64,000 nt of DNA from Azolla caroliniana (taxonomy: Eukaryota > Plantae > Polypodiophyta): NCBI GenBank assembly GCA_043228905.1, contig JBHGNT010000018.1:12152001-12216000 (forward strand), in the 5' to 3' direction. A program made the position numbers and the translations under genes. Shown here in pieces: positions 50,077 to 61,599 of the stretch (position 1 is its first letter; every line of letters begins with the position of its first letter). Under the pieces are notes generated by a model that searched no databases, was not told the DNA's origin, and saw only the letters and a program-made list of their open reading frames with translations.

Positions 50077-53000
50077 TGATAGGAATCGACCGGCCACAAC
50101 CGATTGCATGTTCGTATGCGTGTGCAGAAACCAAGACACATGAACACATATATTTTACGTGGAAAACCCGAAATGGGAAAAACCACGGGGGTTCACAAAC
50201 CCCGAGAAATAGATCGCTAAGTAGAGAGGAAGTACAAAATACGAAACTTGGAGGCAACGACCTCGAGTTCTCCTTCGTCTGACAGACGGCTATAGAGTTA
50301 CACTCTCACTCTCTCACTAATGGTTACAGAGGCAATTACCTCGTTCTAACTTTTCAATAATGATTAACTACCCATTACTAAAGTTTGCCCTAGTTGCTTA
50401 TAAACAAAAGTGACTTTCTGGCTATTTACAAGTATAGTCCACAAGGGCATTTTAGACTATTTACAATTATAGTCTTCCGAAACGATTTTGACTTCGGTTT
50501 TCGATTACGATTTTGATTACGATTTCAGCCAAGATATTCAGCAACATGGTACTTCTCTTCCCATCTAGAGGGACATATTTCCCAATAAACTCCCCCTTCA
50601 CTCCGGCATGGGGTACTTTACGAAATAGACTCTATGTCGGCACACATTTAGCTTTTTGGCTGACAACACCTTCGTCAGCATATCCACTCCATTTTCGGCT
50701 GTGTGGATCTTCATTAGAGCAAACTCCTTTTCTTCTACTCGCTCTCGGAGCCAATGGTATTTTCTCTGGATGTGTTTGGTCTTCGAGTGGCAGGCGGCAT
50801 TTTTCGCAAGGTGGATGACACTCTGGTTATCGCAATGGAGTTGGAATTCCTCTTGTCGAATTCCTAGCTCACTGATAAACTCCTTCATCCATATGATTTC
50901 CTTCCCGGCTTCCGTTGCGGCCATATATTCGGCTTCCGTGGTCGACAGTGCCACAACCTTCTGGAGCCTCGATTGCCACGAAACAACTCCCCCTGCATAA
51001 GTCATTATTTACCCGAGCGAGGATCGACTAGTATCCACATCAGCTGACATGTCCGAGTCAGTATAACCTTTTAGTGTGGGGTTACCCAAGCCGAAACGAA
51101 GACACGTGTTCGAGGTGCCTTTTAGGTACCGAAGTATCCACTTCACGGTAGCCCAATGCTCTCATACAGGGTTGCTCATGTATCGGCTAACCACGCCAAC
51201 TGCGTATCCTATGTCCAGCCTGGTACACACCATTGCATACATTGGGCTTCCAACTACCGAGGCATAAGGAAATTTTGACATCTCGGCCTTCTCGGTTTTC
51301 GATTTCGGACATTGTTCTTTGCTCAACTTGTAGTTCGTTGGCAGTGTCGAGCTGACTGGTTTCGCACTTTCAATGCTAAATCTCTAGAGCACCTTTGTCA
51401 CGTATTTTCCTTGTGATAGCCACACCAATTTCTTTGTTTGATCCCAAACAATGTGCATCTCCAGGATTTGCTTTGCCGGACCCATATCCTTGATCGAGAA
51501 CAATTTGCTCAAGGCTTTCTTCAGCACTCAGATCTTCGTATAGTCCCGTCTGACAATCAACATGTCGTCCATGTACAACAGGAGGATGAGAAAATCTCCT
51601 CCGTCGAATTTCTTCACAAATATGTAGTGATTGGTTTGCGTTTTATGGTACCTGTTGTCGATCATGAAGGATTCGAATTTTCGGTACCATTGCCAAGAAG
51701 CTTGCTTCAAACCGTACAAGCTCTTCCTCAATCGACATACTAGATTTTCTTTACCTTTTTCCACGAATCCTTCTGGCTGAGGCATGTATATCTCTTCCTC
51801 CAAATCTCCATGGAGGAAGGTAGTTTTGACGTCCAATTGTTCGACTTCGAGATCCAAGCTGGCCGCGATGCTCAACATGGTTCAGATTGACATAATCTTT
51901 ACGATCAGGGCAAATATTTTGTCGAAATCGACACCCTTCTTCTGCTGAAATCCTTTCACGATGATTCGTGCTTTGTACCTGGGTGGATTCTTGCCATCTG
52001 CCGGTTTCAACTTGTATATCCATTTATTCCGAAGTGCCTTCTTTCCTCTTGGTAGTTTGGTCAGCTCATATGTGTGTTTCTCATGCAAGGAATCCATCTC
52101 CTCTTGCATGGCACTCAACCACTTTCGGTTGTGTGTATCTTCCTTAGCTTCTTCATCCGGAAATCTTCGGGGGCCCCACCTTTCTCTTAGGGGATATCTT
52201 TGGCCCCCGTTAGGCATGGTCGGTTCTTCTTCGACTTCTTCGGACGATTCGAATTCGGTTCCTTGTTCGGCCGTTTCCCCTCATTTTTCAATTAGTTCTC
52301 GATTTTTCCGAGTATGAACTCGGCCGACTGGCTCAGATTCGATTTCGATCGATTCGGCTTCTACTCGATTCGGCCGAGTGTCGACTGGGTTTGATTCGGT
52401 AGTTGGAGACTTATTCTCAATCTCCCAGTAGACTATTGTCTTTTCCTACATGAAGACAATGTCGCGGCTCCTAATCACTTTCTTCTCAGCTAAGTCCCAT
52501 AGCCGATTGTTAAGAATTAGGTGATTAACTATGGGTTAATTAGTACCTAATTATGTGATTAGTTGATAAGCAGAAGATTAAGTGATATGTGTGTGTACAT
52601 GTGAGAGGAAAAGAGAGAGAGAGGAAGTTAACACTTATGAACAACAAGATTCAGGATGATTAACTCTATATTAAATTAGCATCATCAAAATCCAAAAATA
52701 CCCACAATGAGGTATATATACAACTCATGTGCAACGGTGCACATGTGTGAGTAGAATATAGGTACAAGGATGTAAGTCCTATATTCAATATACTTGGTAG
52801 TGGAGGATCTTGAATGTATGCCCACTTACGTACAAGTACAAAATCCTATTTAAGGGTTTATAGTCAACACTCCTAACTAGATTCTATCTAGGTAACTACT
52901 AAGTTACATGGTTGACTAAATAACTAAACTAAGTTGACCTTGATCTCTCAACACGCCCCCTCAAGCTCAAGTGTGAGGTGTCCAACATCCGATTCGGCTT

Positions 53001-56000
53001 TCGTCAGCTTTGTGTGCTTTCGTTCAGCCTTTCGCTTTCTTCAGCCTTTCCGAGGCAATCTCGGTTCCTCCCCCTCAAACCGGTGACGAAGGCTTGTAGA
53101 GTGTGGATGAAGACTGACTACTTCCACCCATTGTGGGTTATGAGCCATTTTTGTAGAGCTGTCAAGCTCTTGTTCGGCCGCTACCTTCATCACGAAGGCA
53201 TAGTGATGGACCATGTACTCATTGTACTTGAGCCGAGCGACAAGATTCTTCTCTCCAGAAGAGCGTCGATGTTCTTTGCTCACTGATGTGAGGGTCTTCT
53301 TTACTCCGGGTGTCCATATGATGGGTACACCAAGCTCACTGTTTAGTGAGAGAGCCGACGCATCTGAATCATTGTCATTGGGGTGGTTGACTTCGTATTT
53401 GGGCATCTTACCTTTGCCTTTGTCCGTGTTTGGACTTGGCCGCGACGTGCTTTGGTTGCTCGGGGGCTCTTGTGGCCCACTAAGCCTTGTCGTAATCAGA
53501 CTTCGAAGTTGTCTCTAGTGCATACCAGGATGCGGACTCGTTGAAGACTACATCTCGACTTACCCGAACCGCTCGAGTAGAAGGGTTGTAGCATTGGTAT
53601 GCCTTCTTCTCAGACGAGTATCCTAAGAGGATAAATTTCTCCGACTTCGCGCCGAGCTTTTGTTGGTTTTCGTTCGGGATGCATACATTCGCAATGCTTC
53701 CGAACACCTTGAGGTGTGACAAGATCGACTTCCTTTTGACGAGGAGCTCGTATAGAGTTAGCTCATGCACTCCATTAGTGGTACATCGATTCATGAGATA
53801 GACGGCCGTGGATGCCACTTCGGCTCAATAGAAGTTCGGCATGTGCTTCTCATGCATCATGGCGCGTGCTACCTCTAGTATTTGCTGATTCTTCCTTTCA
53901 ACTACTCTATTTTGTTGGGGTGTGTGTTGGCACAAGAATTCTCTCCGAATGCCTTCACTTTGGAGGTAGGAGGTGAATTCATCGAAGAAGTACTCCCTTC
54001 CTCCGTCTGATTGTAGGCATCAAATGTGCCGACCGGTTTCTTTTTTGATTTGGCCTTTGAGCTTTTGGAAGTGGGAGAGCACTTTGCTCTTTTTCTTCAT
54101 TGGGTAGATCCACGTGTAGCGGGATAGTCGTCGATGAAGGTGACGTAGTATCGGCATCCTTCGATCATCGGTGTTTGAGCCGGTCCCCATACATCCGAAT
54201 GTATGATGTCGAGGAGGCATTTGCTTGCGGAGCTCTCCTTCGGAAATGGGAGTCGATGTTGTTTGCCGATTGGCATGCTTCGTACACTTGGTCAACTCGT
54301 TTCGACTCGAAGGTCGGAAGTCTGATGACGACTCCCTTTGTTTGCATAGCTCAGAGCCGTTGGAGGTTGATGTGGCCGATTCTCTTGTGCCACAAATCGA
54401 TGTTTGTTTCGGTTTTGAGACCTTTGGCATACATGGACAATTTCATCTCATTCGAATTGAGGATGAACATGCGACCATCTCTCCGTCACTTGGCTATGAG
54501 TTGGCCATCTTTCTCGATGAAAAAGCCTTCGTTGTTGAAGTGAACTTCCATTCCTTCCTCCACGATTTGGCCTGCCGAGACCGACATCCGAACTTGAGAA
54601 GAACCACACGGATTGGAGGTGATTGCAGAGTCGGAGGCCGACATAGAGTTCGCTCTATGCCTCATTATGAATAGTCCGTCATAGTCATCGTATTCAGAGT
54701 TGGTGGGATAATTCGTGAGTTGTTAACTTGTCAAAGCCGACTCGCTTCTTCTTTTTCAGCACTCCTCCTTGCGGTGGCCGATTTTCCACAATAGTTGCTA
54801 GTTGCGGGCCTCATTTGCTGACCTTGTTGGGCATGGAAGCTCCCCCTTCTTCCGAAGGTTCCTTGATGGCTTCTGTGAAGGTTTGAGTTCCCTTCGTGTG
54901 ATGGGCCGAATTGGCCTCTTCTACCGTTGTGACCTCCTCCGCCATGACCTCGTCCTCAGCCACCGTCCGAACTTGAGAAGAACATTTGTCCTTCCGACTT
55001 CTTCTTCTTGGTTCAGACGTGGTTCTCTTCAACCAATAACATTGATTGGAGGTCGAAGAATGAAGGAGGGTTTTCTCTCGCCAAGATTGCCATCCGTAAT
55101 GGATCGAATCATTATGCGAGGCCGCCCAAGCATACTTGAACCATCTCTTCTTCATTGACATTTATGTTGATGGAGCCAAGCGAGTCGCAAATGCTCTTGA
55201 TTTTGGTGGTGTAGTCCGACACAGACATATCTTTTTGCCAAATGTTGTTCAACTCTTGTCGGAGTTGAAGCTTTCAGGCAGTCGTGTTGGCGGCAAACAT
55301 TTTCTTTAAGTTCTCCCATGCCTCCTTAGGCATCTTGGCATCTCGAATGTGGTTAAGCATGTGGTCACGGACACATGTTGCCAAGCAATATATGACTCGA
55401 CTCGTCGCTTGTTGAGTAGTTGGCGTTCTTTGAGTTGGATCGATTTTCTTGTGCTCCGTTGATGTAGCTCCAATACCCTTGACCGACGAGGTATTGGGTC
55501 ATCTAGCTTTCCACTAGGGAGCGAGCTACGCATTTGTGTGTTCATGTTGATTGTAGTGTCTTCCATGCTACGTAGTGGTAGTACGGTAGCGGATAGCCGG
55601 ATTTTGTCACCAACGTCTCAAACACACAATCACGGAGTCGGGTGGACTTAGTGGATGTGCTAAACCACAAGCTCTGATACCATGTTAAGAATAAGGTGAT
55701 TAACTATGGGTTAATTACCTAATTCTTAACATTGATAGCCAAATGCATCATTGCGTAGCCGAGAAATATGCATGGCTGAGATTTCGGGTCCAAATTTCCC
55801 CTTTGGTCTTTTGCCACATGCACATAGGCATGCCAACCGAACACCCTCAGATGTCGGTATGAAACATCTTTTGCCACTCCACACCCTTTGTGGGATATCA
55901 CTGTCCATGGGCATTGAGGGTAGGTGATTTATCACATATGCTGCCGTCATCAGTGCCTCAACCCAGAACGTCTTTGGTAGCTTAACATGTGCAAGCATAC

Positions 56001-58412
56001 TTCAGACCCTTTCCATTACAGTCCGATTCATTCTCTTGGCCAGCCCATTTAGCTCTGGCGTCTTCGGCACGGTATGCTCGAGCCGTATTCGTTGATTTCG
56101 GCAATATTCCTCGAATGGTCCATGGTACTCTCTGCCATTGTCCGCTCGGACTGCATTCAGTTTTCGGCCGGTTTCTCTCTCGACCCTCTCTTGGAACCCT
56201 TTGAAGATGGATAACACTTGATCCTTTGTCTTTAGCATGAAAGCCCACAACTTCCTTCTATAGTCATCAATGAAGGTCACGAAATACTGTGAACCACCAC
56301 GTGATTTCATGTCCACATAGCATACAACTGTATGCACGAGTTCCAACGGTATTTTCTTCCTCATCGGGGGCCTCGTTCGGAAGGATGTTCGATTCTGTTT
56401 ACCGTCCAAGCAATCAGTCCACTTCTCAAGTTGCACGTTCTTCACGTCGGGAATGAGGTTATCCTCGGCAAGCTTTCGCATCCCCTTATCGCTCATATGG
56501 CACAACCTCTTGTGCCACAGTTCACCGACCATGTCGACTGCCACGTTTGCTTCCTCTCGGCATATTCGAGCATTCATTATGTGTAGTGTGTTGGTTTTCC
56601 GAGATCGAGCCATGATCAGGCATCCTCAACAGAACTTCAGGACACCGTTCCCGTGTAGCCTTCATCATCTAGCTGACCGACTGATATTAGGTTCAATCGA
56701 ACCTCCAGTACATGTCGTACATCTCTCAACACAAGTTTGCACCTGGTCGAGGTTTCCAAACACACATCTCCAATGCCGAAGATTCAGCATGCTCCTTCAT
56801 TTCCCATCTTTACGGATCCGAGATCTCCGGCTCTGTAGGATGAGAAGCACTTTCGGTCAAGGGTTAGGTGGAATGACGCACCCGAATCGACCACCCATGT
56901 CGATTCTTCGCCGACGAGATTCACTTCGTTTTGCTGAGTGATGAGCAACAACTCCTCGTTAGTCGTGGCGATTGATGAGGTGTTCTTTCTGTCTGGGATT
57001 TTCTTCGGCTCTACACCATCAGGTCCCCCTTTCTCCTTTCGAAAGTGTCGGCAGTTTTTCTGGAAGTGCCCCGACTTCCCACAGTAGAAGCACGCGGATT
57101 TCCCCCTCGACTTCGACCTGGTCCCCGACTTATCTTGGCTCTGGGGACTTTGATTTCGGTTTCTTCCCCGAATCGTGTCACCTTCCATGACTAGGGAATT
57201 CTGGTCGGTATTGGACTCTCGGTGCTTCTTGCGAGCTTCTTCGTTAGCAAGCTCGACTTCACCTAGTCTAGGGATAAGTGTTTCCCTTCCGGTTCTGCGT
57301 TGTCCAACGTGACAACCAACGTTTCCCAACTGTCCAGAAGGGATCCTAGCAACAATAGTGCTAATACCTCGTTGGCCAAAGGTACTTCTAGAGAGGTGGT
57401 TTGGTTCATCAATCCTTGGAAGGCATTGATGTGTTCCGTCATACTCGAGCCATCCTGATATTGGAGCCTCACAATTTTTCGAAATATAGAGACTTGGTTC
57501 ACGACGTTCTTGTTTTCGAACATGATGCCAATCTTCTTTCATAGGATGTCTGCTTCTATTTCTTCACCGAAGTTGTTGTATAGATTCATGTCTATAAAAT
57601 AGCTTATATATGCGGCCTTCAGATGCAACACTTCCCAAGTCGTTGCATCGATCTTCTCAGGACTTTTATCTCCGAATTGCACCAACAGCTAGAGGTCTAT
57701 GCACACGAGCATGTCTCTCATCTTCGACTTCCACATTGAGTAGTTGGAGCCGGTTAACTTAAACATGCCGCCGAACGAGTCTTCCATCGCTCTGATACTA
57801 CTTTGATAGGAATCAACCAGCCACAACCGATTACACATTCGTATGCGTGTGCAGAAACCAAGAACTAGTACACAAACAAAGTCGTGAAGACACAGGGACG
57901 CAGATATTTTACGTGGAAAACCCGAAATGGGAAATTCAACGAGGGTTCACAAACCTTGAGAAAATGATCACTATAGTAGAGAGGAAGTACAAAATACGGA
58001 ACTCAGAGGCAACGACCTTGAGTTCTCCTTCGTCTGACAGACGATTACATCATTACACTCTCACTCTCTCACTCACGGTTACAGAGGCAACTACCTCGTT
58101 CAAACTTTTCAATAATGATTAACTACCCATTACTAAAGTTTTCCCTAGTTGCTTATAAACAAAAGCAACTTTCTAGCTATTTACAAGTATAACCCATAAG
58201 AACATTTTAAATTATTTACAATTATAGTCTTCCGAAACGATTACGATTACGATTTCGATTAATTACCCATTACTAAAATTTGCTTTAGTTGCTTATAAAC
58301 AAAAGTAGCTTTCCGGATATTTACAAGTATAGCCCACAAGGGCATTTTAGACTATTTACAATTATAGTTTTCCGAAACGATTTCGGTTTTGGTTTTCGAT
58401 TACGATTTCGAT
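50077..58412 (-). mobile_element. Degenerate Tnt1-like copia (related family): 3' LTR 50077-50587, 5' LTR from 57804 with an internal duplication and truncated end
   Basis: PPT 50588-50598, PBS 57789-57800, fragmented gag-pol similar to 43834-47895. Confidence 0.92.
52508..55731 (-). mobile_element. Internally deleted copia nested in the preceding copia: 3' LTR 52508-52953, PBS 55671-55682, 5' end a 49-bp palindrome
   Basis: TSD ccgat/ttgat whose removal restores host FGYRLWD; gag/integrase remnants; RT largely missing. Confidence 0.9.
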
Positions 58413-58425
58413 TTGGGGGGGGGGG

Positions 58426-58768
58426 TTGCTTCGGACCATAAAATGACTTTTTGAGTCAGCACACCGCCGACCTGTTCAGCTCCGATTGAAAACCGGGTGG
58501 TTGGATCATATTGACCTGTTCTTCAAGGTCACCTTGAAGAAACACATTCTTCACGTCCATTTGGTGAAGATGCCATCCCCTTGCCTCAGCAACAACCAGT
58601 ACCACACGAAACTTCGTCATCTTCGCTACCGGAGCGAAGGTCTCGTCGTAGTCGATTCCGTGGGTTTGTGCGTATCCCTTCGCCACTAACCGGGCCTTGT
58701 GTCGGTTGACCAAACTATCGACATTGTACTTTACCTTGTACACCCACTTGCAGCCGATCGGTTTACAT
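58426..58768 (-). mobile_element. Copia RT fragment (same family as 34741-35602)
   Basis: KPIGCKWVYKVK, KARLVAKGYAQ, HQMDVKNVFLQG. Confidence 0.9.
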
Positions 58769-59111
58769 TGTCTGGGAGGGTTGATGAATGACGAGGCTAC
58801 GATTGATAAGGTTACAAACGTGGAACTCAACGTGATGAGGCTAGAAACTCGGGAAGTTGGGAGCAATGAGAAGACGCTAGCAACAATACAAGAGCATAAA
58901 GATAGAGATGTAAATCAAGGAGAGAAGATGGGGCTAAACAAGAATACTAGATTGACGTGTAGGTGACTTGTGTTACAAGTATTTATACTCTAAGTTGAAG
59001 TACATGCATTAGAATATTGGAACCTTCTAGAACTTTGTAGATGTCTTGAGAATATACCTAGATCATGTACATCTTATACAATGATATGTAGATATAATAT
59101 ATTTTACACAA

Positions 59112-59180
59112 TGCTCATATGAAGATGGTTGAGCATGGTGTATTGTTCATGTGAGGTTGTAAGTTCAATCCTCACCAACT
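59112..59180 (+). ncRNA. Degenerate tRNA-like cassette in LTR (antisense to the element)
   Basis: gctc...atggtt-gagc D-arm-like and gaggttgtaagttcaatcctc T-arm/B-box-like, followed by T4. Confidence 0.5.
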
Positions 59181-59265
59181 ATATATTTTATGTCATTGTA
59201 TTGTGACATTATCCTCCCCTTTACGACCGCCTTTTCGAAAGTGTAGTGCAGGAGTGAGTGGAGAG

Positions 59266-59981
59266 TGGAACACCAACTGACATTAGCAACCATGTGCAGT
59301 TCTCACCGAAGATTGGAACACCAACGAACGTGAGTGACCATGTGCGGTTCTCACTGGAGACTAGAACACCAACGGGCGTGAGCGACCATTGCGGTCCTCA
59401 CTGGAGACACGAACGCCAATGGATGTGAGCGACCATGTACGGTCCTCACCGGGACTGCGAACACCAACGTGCATGAGAGACCATGTATGATCCTCATCGG
59501 GAATGGGTGTGAGAGACCATGTGCAGTCCTCATTGGATATACGAACACCAAGGGGTGTGAGCGACTATGTGCGGTCCTCACCAGAGACACGAACACCAAC
59601 GGGCGTGAGCAACCATGTGCGGTCCTCACAGAGAACTGGAACACCAACGGATGTGAACGATCATGTACGGTCCTCACAGGGAACTGGAACACCAACGAGT
59701 GTGAGAGACCATGTGTAGTCCTCACGAGGAACTAGAACACCAACGGGCGTGAGAGACCATGTGCGGTCCTCACCAGAGACACGAACACCAATGGATGTGA
59801 GCGACCACGTGTGTTTCTCACCAGGAACTGGAACACCAATGAGTGTGAGAGACCATGTACGGTCCTCACCGGATATGTGAACACGAAAGGGCGTGAGAGA
59901 CCATGTGCGGTCCTTACCGGAGACATGAACACCAACGGATGTGAGTGACCCTACATGGTTCTCATCGGGAACTGGAACACT
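59266..59981. repeat. About 15 tandem copies of a 48-bp unit containing a hairpin
   Basis: Consensus gaacaccaacgggcGTGAGcGACCatgtgcGGTCCTCACcggagacac. Confidence 0.93.
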
Positions 59982-60129
59982 TGACGACAATGACGGCTAG
60001 GAAAAGTAGTGTTGATGACGACAACAAGAGGGTTGAAGATGATGATGTCGAAGATGAAGCAATGAAGGAAATGATTTTGATGAAGTGTCTTTGGAAGCAA
60101 CGACTTTGACTATGGCAATGATGGAAGCG

Positions 60130-60520
60130 GAGAAAGAGATGAAGAGGATAAGAAACATACAGATCGAGATGTTGAGGTTTTGAAGAAACACAAAGACACA
60201 TATACCAAGGATGATAGAAAACACAAAGACAGGGATGAAGGTGATAGGAAACGCAGAGAAAGTGACGAAGATAATAAGAAACACATTTAGATAGAGATGA
60301 AAATGGTAGGAAACACAAGGAGAAGGATGACAATGACAAAATATGCAAAGATAGGGATGTGGAAGATGATAAGAAGTGCAGAGATATAGAGATGATGAGA
60401 TGAAAATAGGAGATAGAGATGAGAAGAAACTAGGAGAGAAAAGACAAAGACAATGATGAAAAGAAACTAAGAGATAGAGATGGCAAGGAAGATAGAAAAC
60501 GAAGGGATGTTAATGATGGT
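60130..60520. repeat. Degenerate ~30-bp purine-rich repeats
   Basis: gaNgatgatag/aaaacacaaagatagagat units reading (E/D)DRKHKDRD on the + strand. Confidence 0.7.
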
Positions 60521-60665
60521 AACTCTAGAAGCAAGGGCGAAGACGAAGATGGGTAATGCTTATAGTTGGAAGGGATTCAAACTATCACAGACACAACAAC
60601 CCTAGACTACGACATAGCACGAATGACGAGGCTATGACCGATAAGGTTACAAACGTGGAACTTAA

Positions 60666-61227
60666 CATGTGTTAGTTCACCTCGTTTCCTAACCTTATTC
60701 CCATGCATATTAACAAGAGTCATAAACTATGCTCTCCGAAACAACGCTAGATGACTTTTTCCCAACACGAAATCCAATAGCTTGCTGATAGGATATGTAA
60801 TAGAGAAAAATAGAATGACTAGAACTCGTACAATAGGTGTCATTGTTGCACCAACTGCTAAGCCATATCTTGTGCAAACAGCTTGTGGGAGAATCTCACA
60901 AAACATCAAAATCAGTGTTACTGATATCAAGATGGCACCCCAAGCATTTACCAATGCATCAAGAACTATGGGCAACACCTCCATGGCAAGAGCATTACCA
61001 ATTAAAAGGGTGCATAGCAATAAATGTTGATTCTTCACAACTGGGAGAATTTTTGCTGCATATTTCTGATCCTTCGTGGTACCATATTTGATCAAAACTT
61101 CTAAGTCCATGAGACTGAGTGACATCAATCCAAGGGTGAGTCCGGACATCATGCCAACAAAGAGAACAAGCCCAACAATGATGAGGAGATAAATCCAAAA
61201 AGTCGGTCCACAACAATGCTCTGTCAT
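60666..61227 (-). pseudogene. Intronless 5' fragment of a DUF21 (CNNM/CBS-domain) membrane protein gene
   Basis: [69 protein letters not shown]...GELTH, continuous without introns. Confidence 0.9.
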
Positions 61228-61599
61228 TCTGTATTTGACAGTTGCAATAATTCAGAGAACCCGATGTTTAAACTCTTTAAAGCCTGGAGGCCTAGATCAG
61301 AGTGCTCATCAGTCAAATGTTGGGAACAATTGCATTTCCCTGTCAGTAATCCAAGGAGAATTTCTTGAAAAGGTGAATTATCGAGTTCACCATGTTGAAC
61401 GAGTAATCAGCAAGTTCGACGTAGCAATATAAGAAGCGAGGCTGGTGTGAAGGTAAGTATGTAACACGAACTGTTAAAATGATGATTTTGGCGGTGTAGG
61501 TGATGGAGCTATTATTATATTCACAACGATTCTTTCTTTCTTTCTTTCCATCTTTTTTCTTCTCCTCCAGGCTCTTCCTCTTTTATTTTTTTATCTTCT

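Larger units (their letters stand above)
58769..60669 (-). mobile_element. Non-autonomous chromovirus-type LTR element: 3' LTR 58769-59208, PPT 59209-59222, non-coding repetitive interior, PBS-like gtttgaatcc 60573-60582, partial 5' LTR 60583-60669
   Basis: PPT aaaggggaggataa-TGTCA as in the chromoviruses; 58786-58834 repeated at 60621-60669; no gag/pol in between. Confidence 0.78.

Noticed and set aside
59266-59981. CRISPR array or hammerhead-ribozyme (retrozyme) array
   Set aside because: Units are contiguous with no unique spacers and there are no cas genes. The minus strand has CYGRUGAG-like motifs before the stem but lacks the GAAA needed for a hammerhead core.
60727-61227. Functional DUF21/CBS gene
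   Set aside because: It has a premature stop after LFRRA, lacks the CBS domains and is embedded in retroelements.
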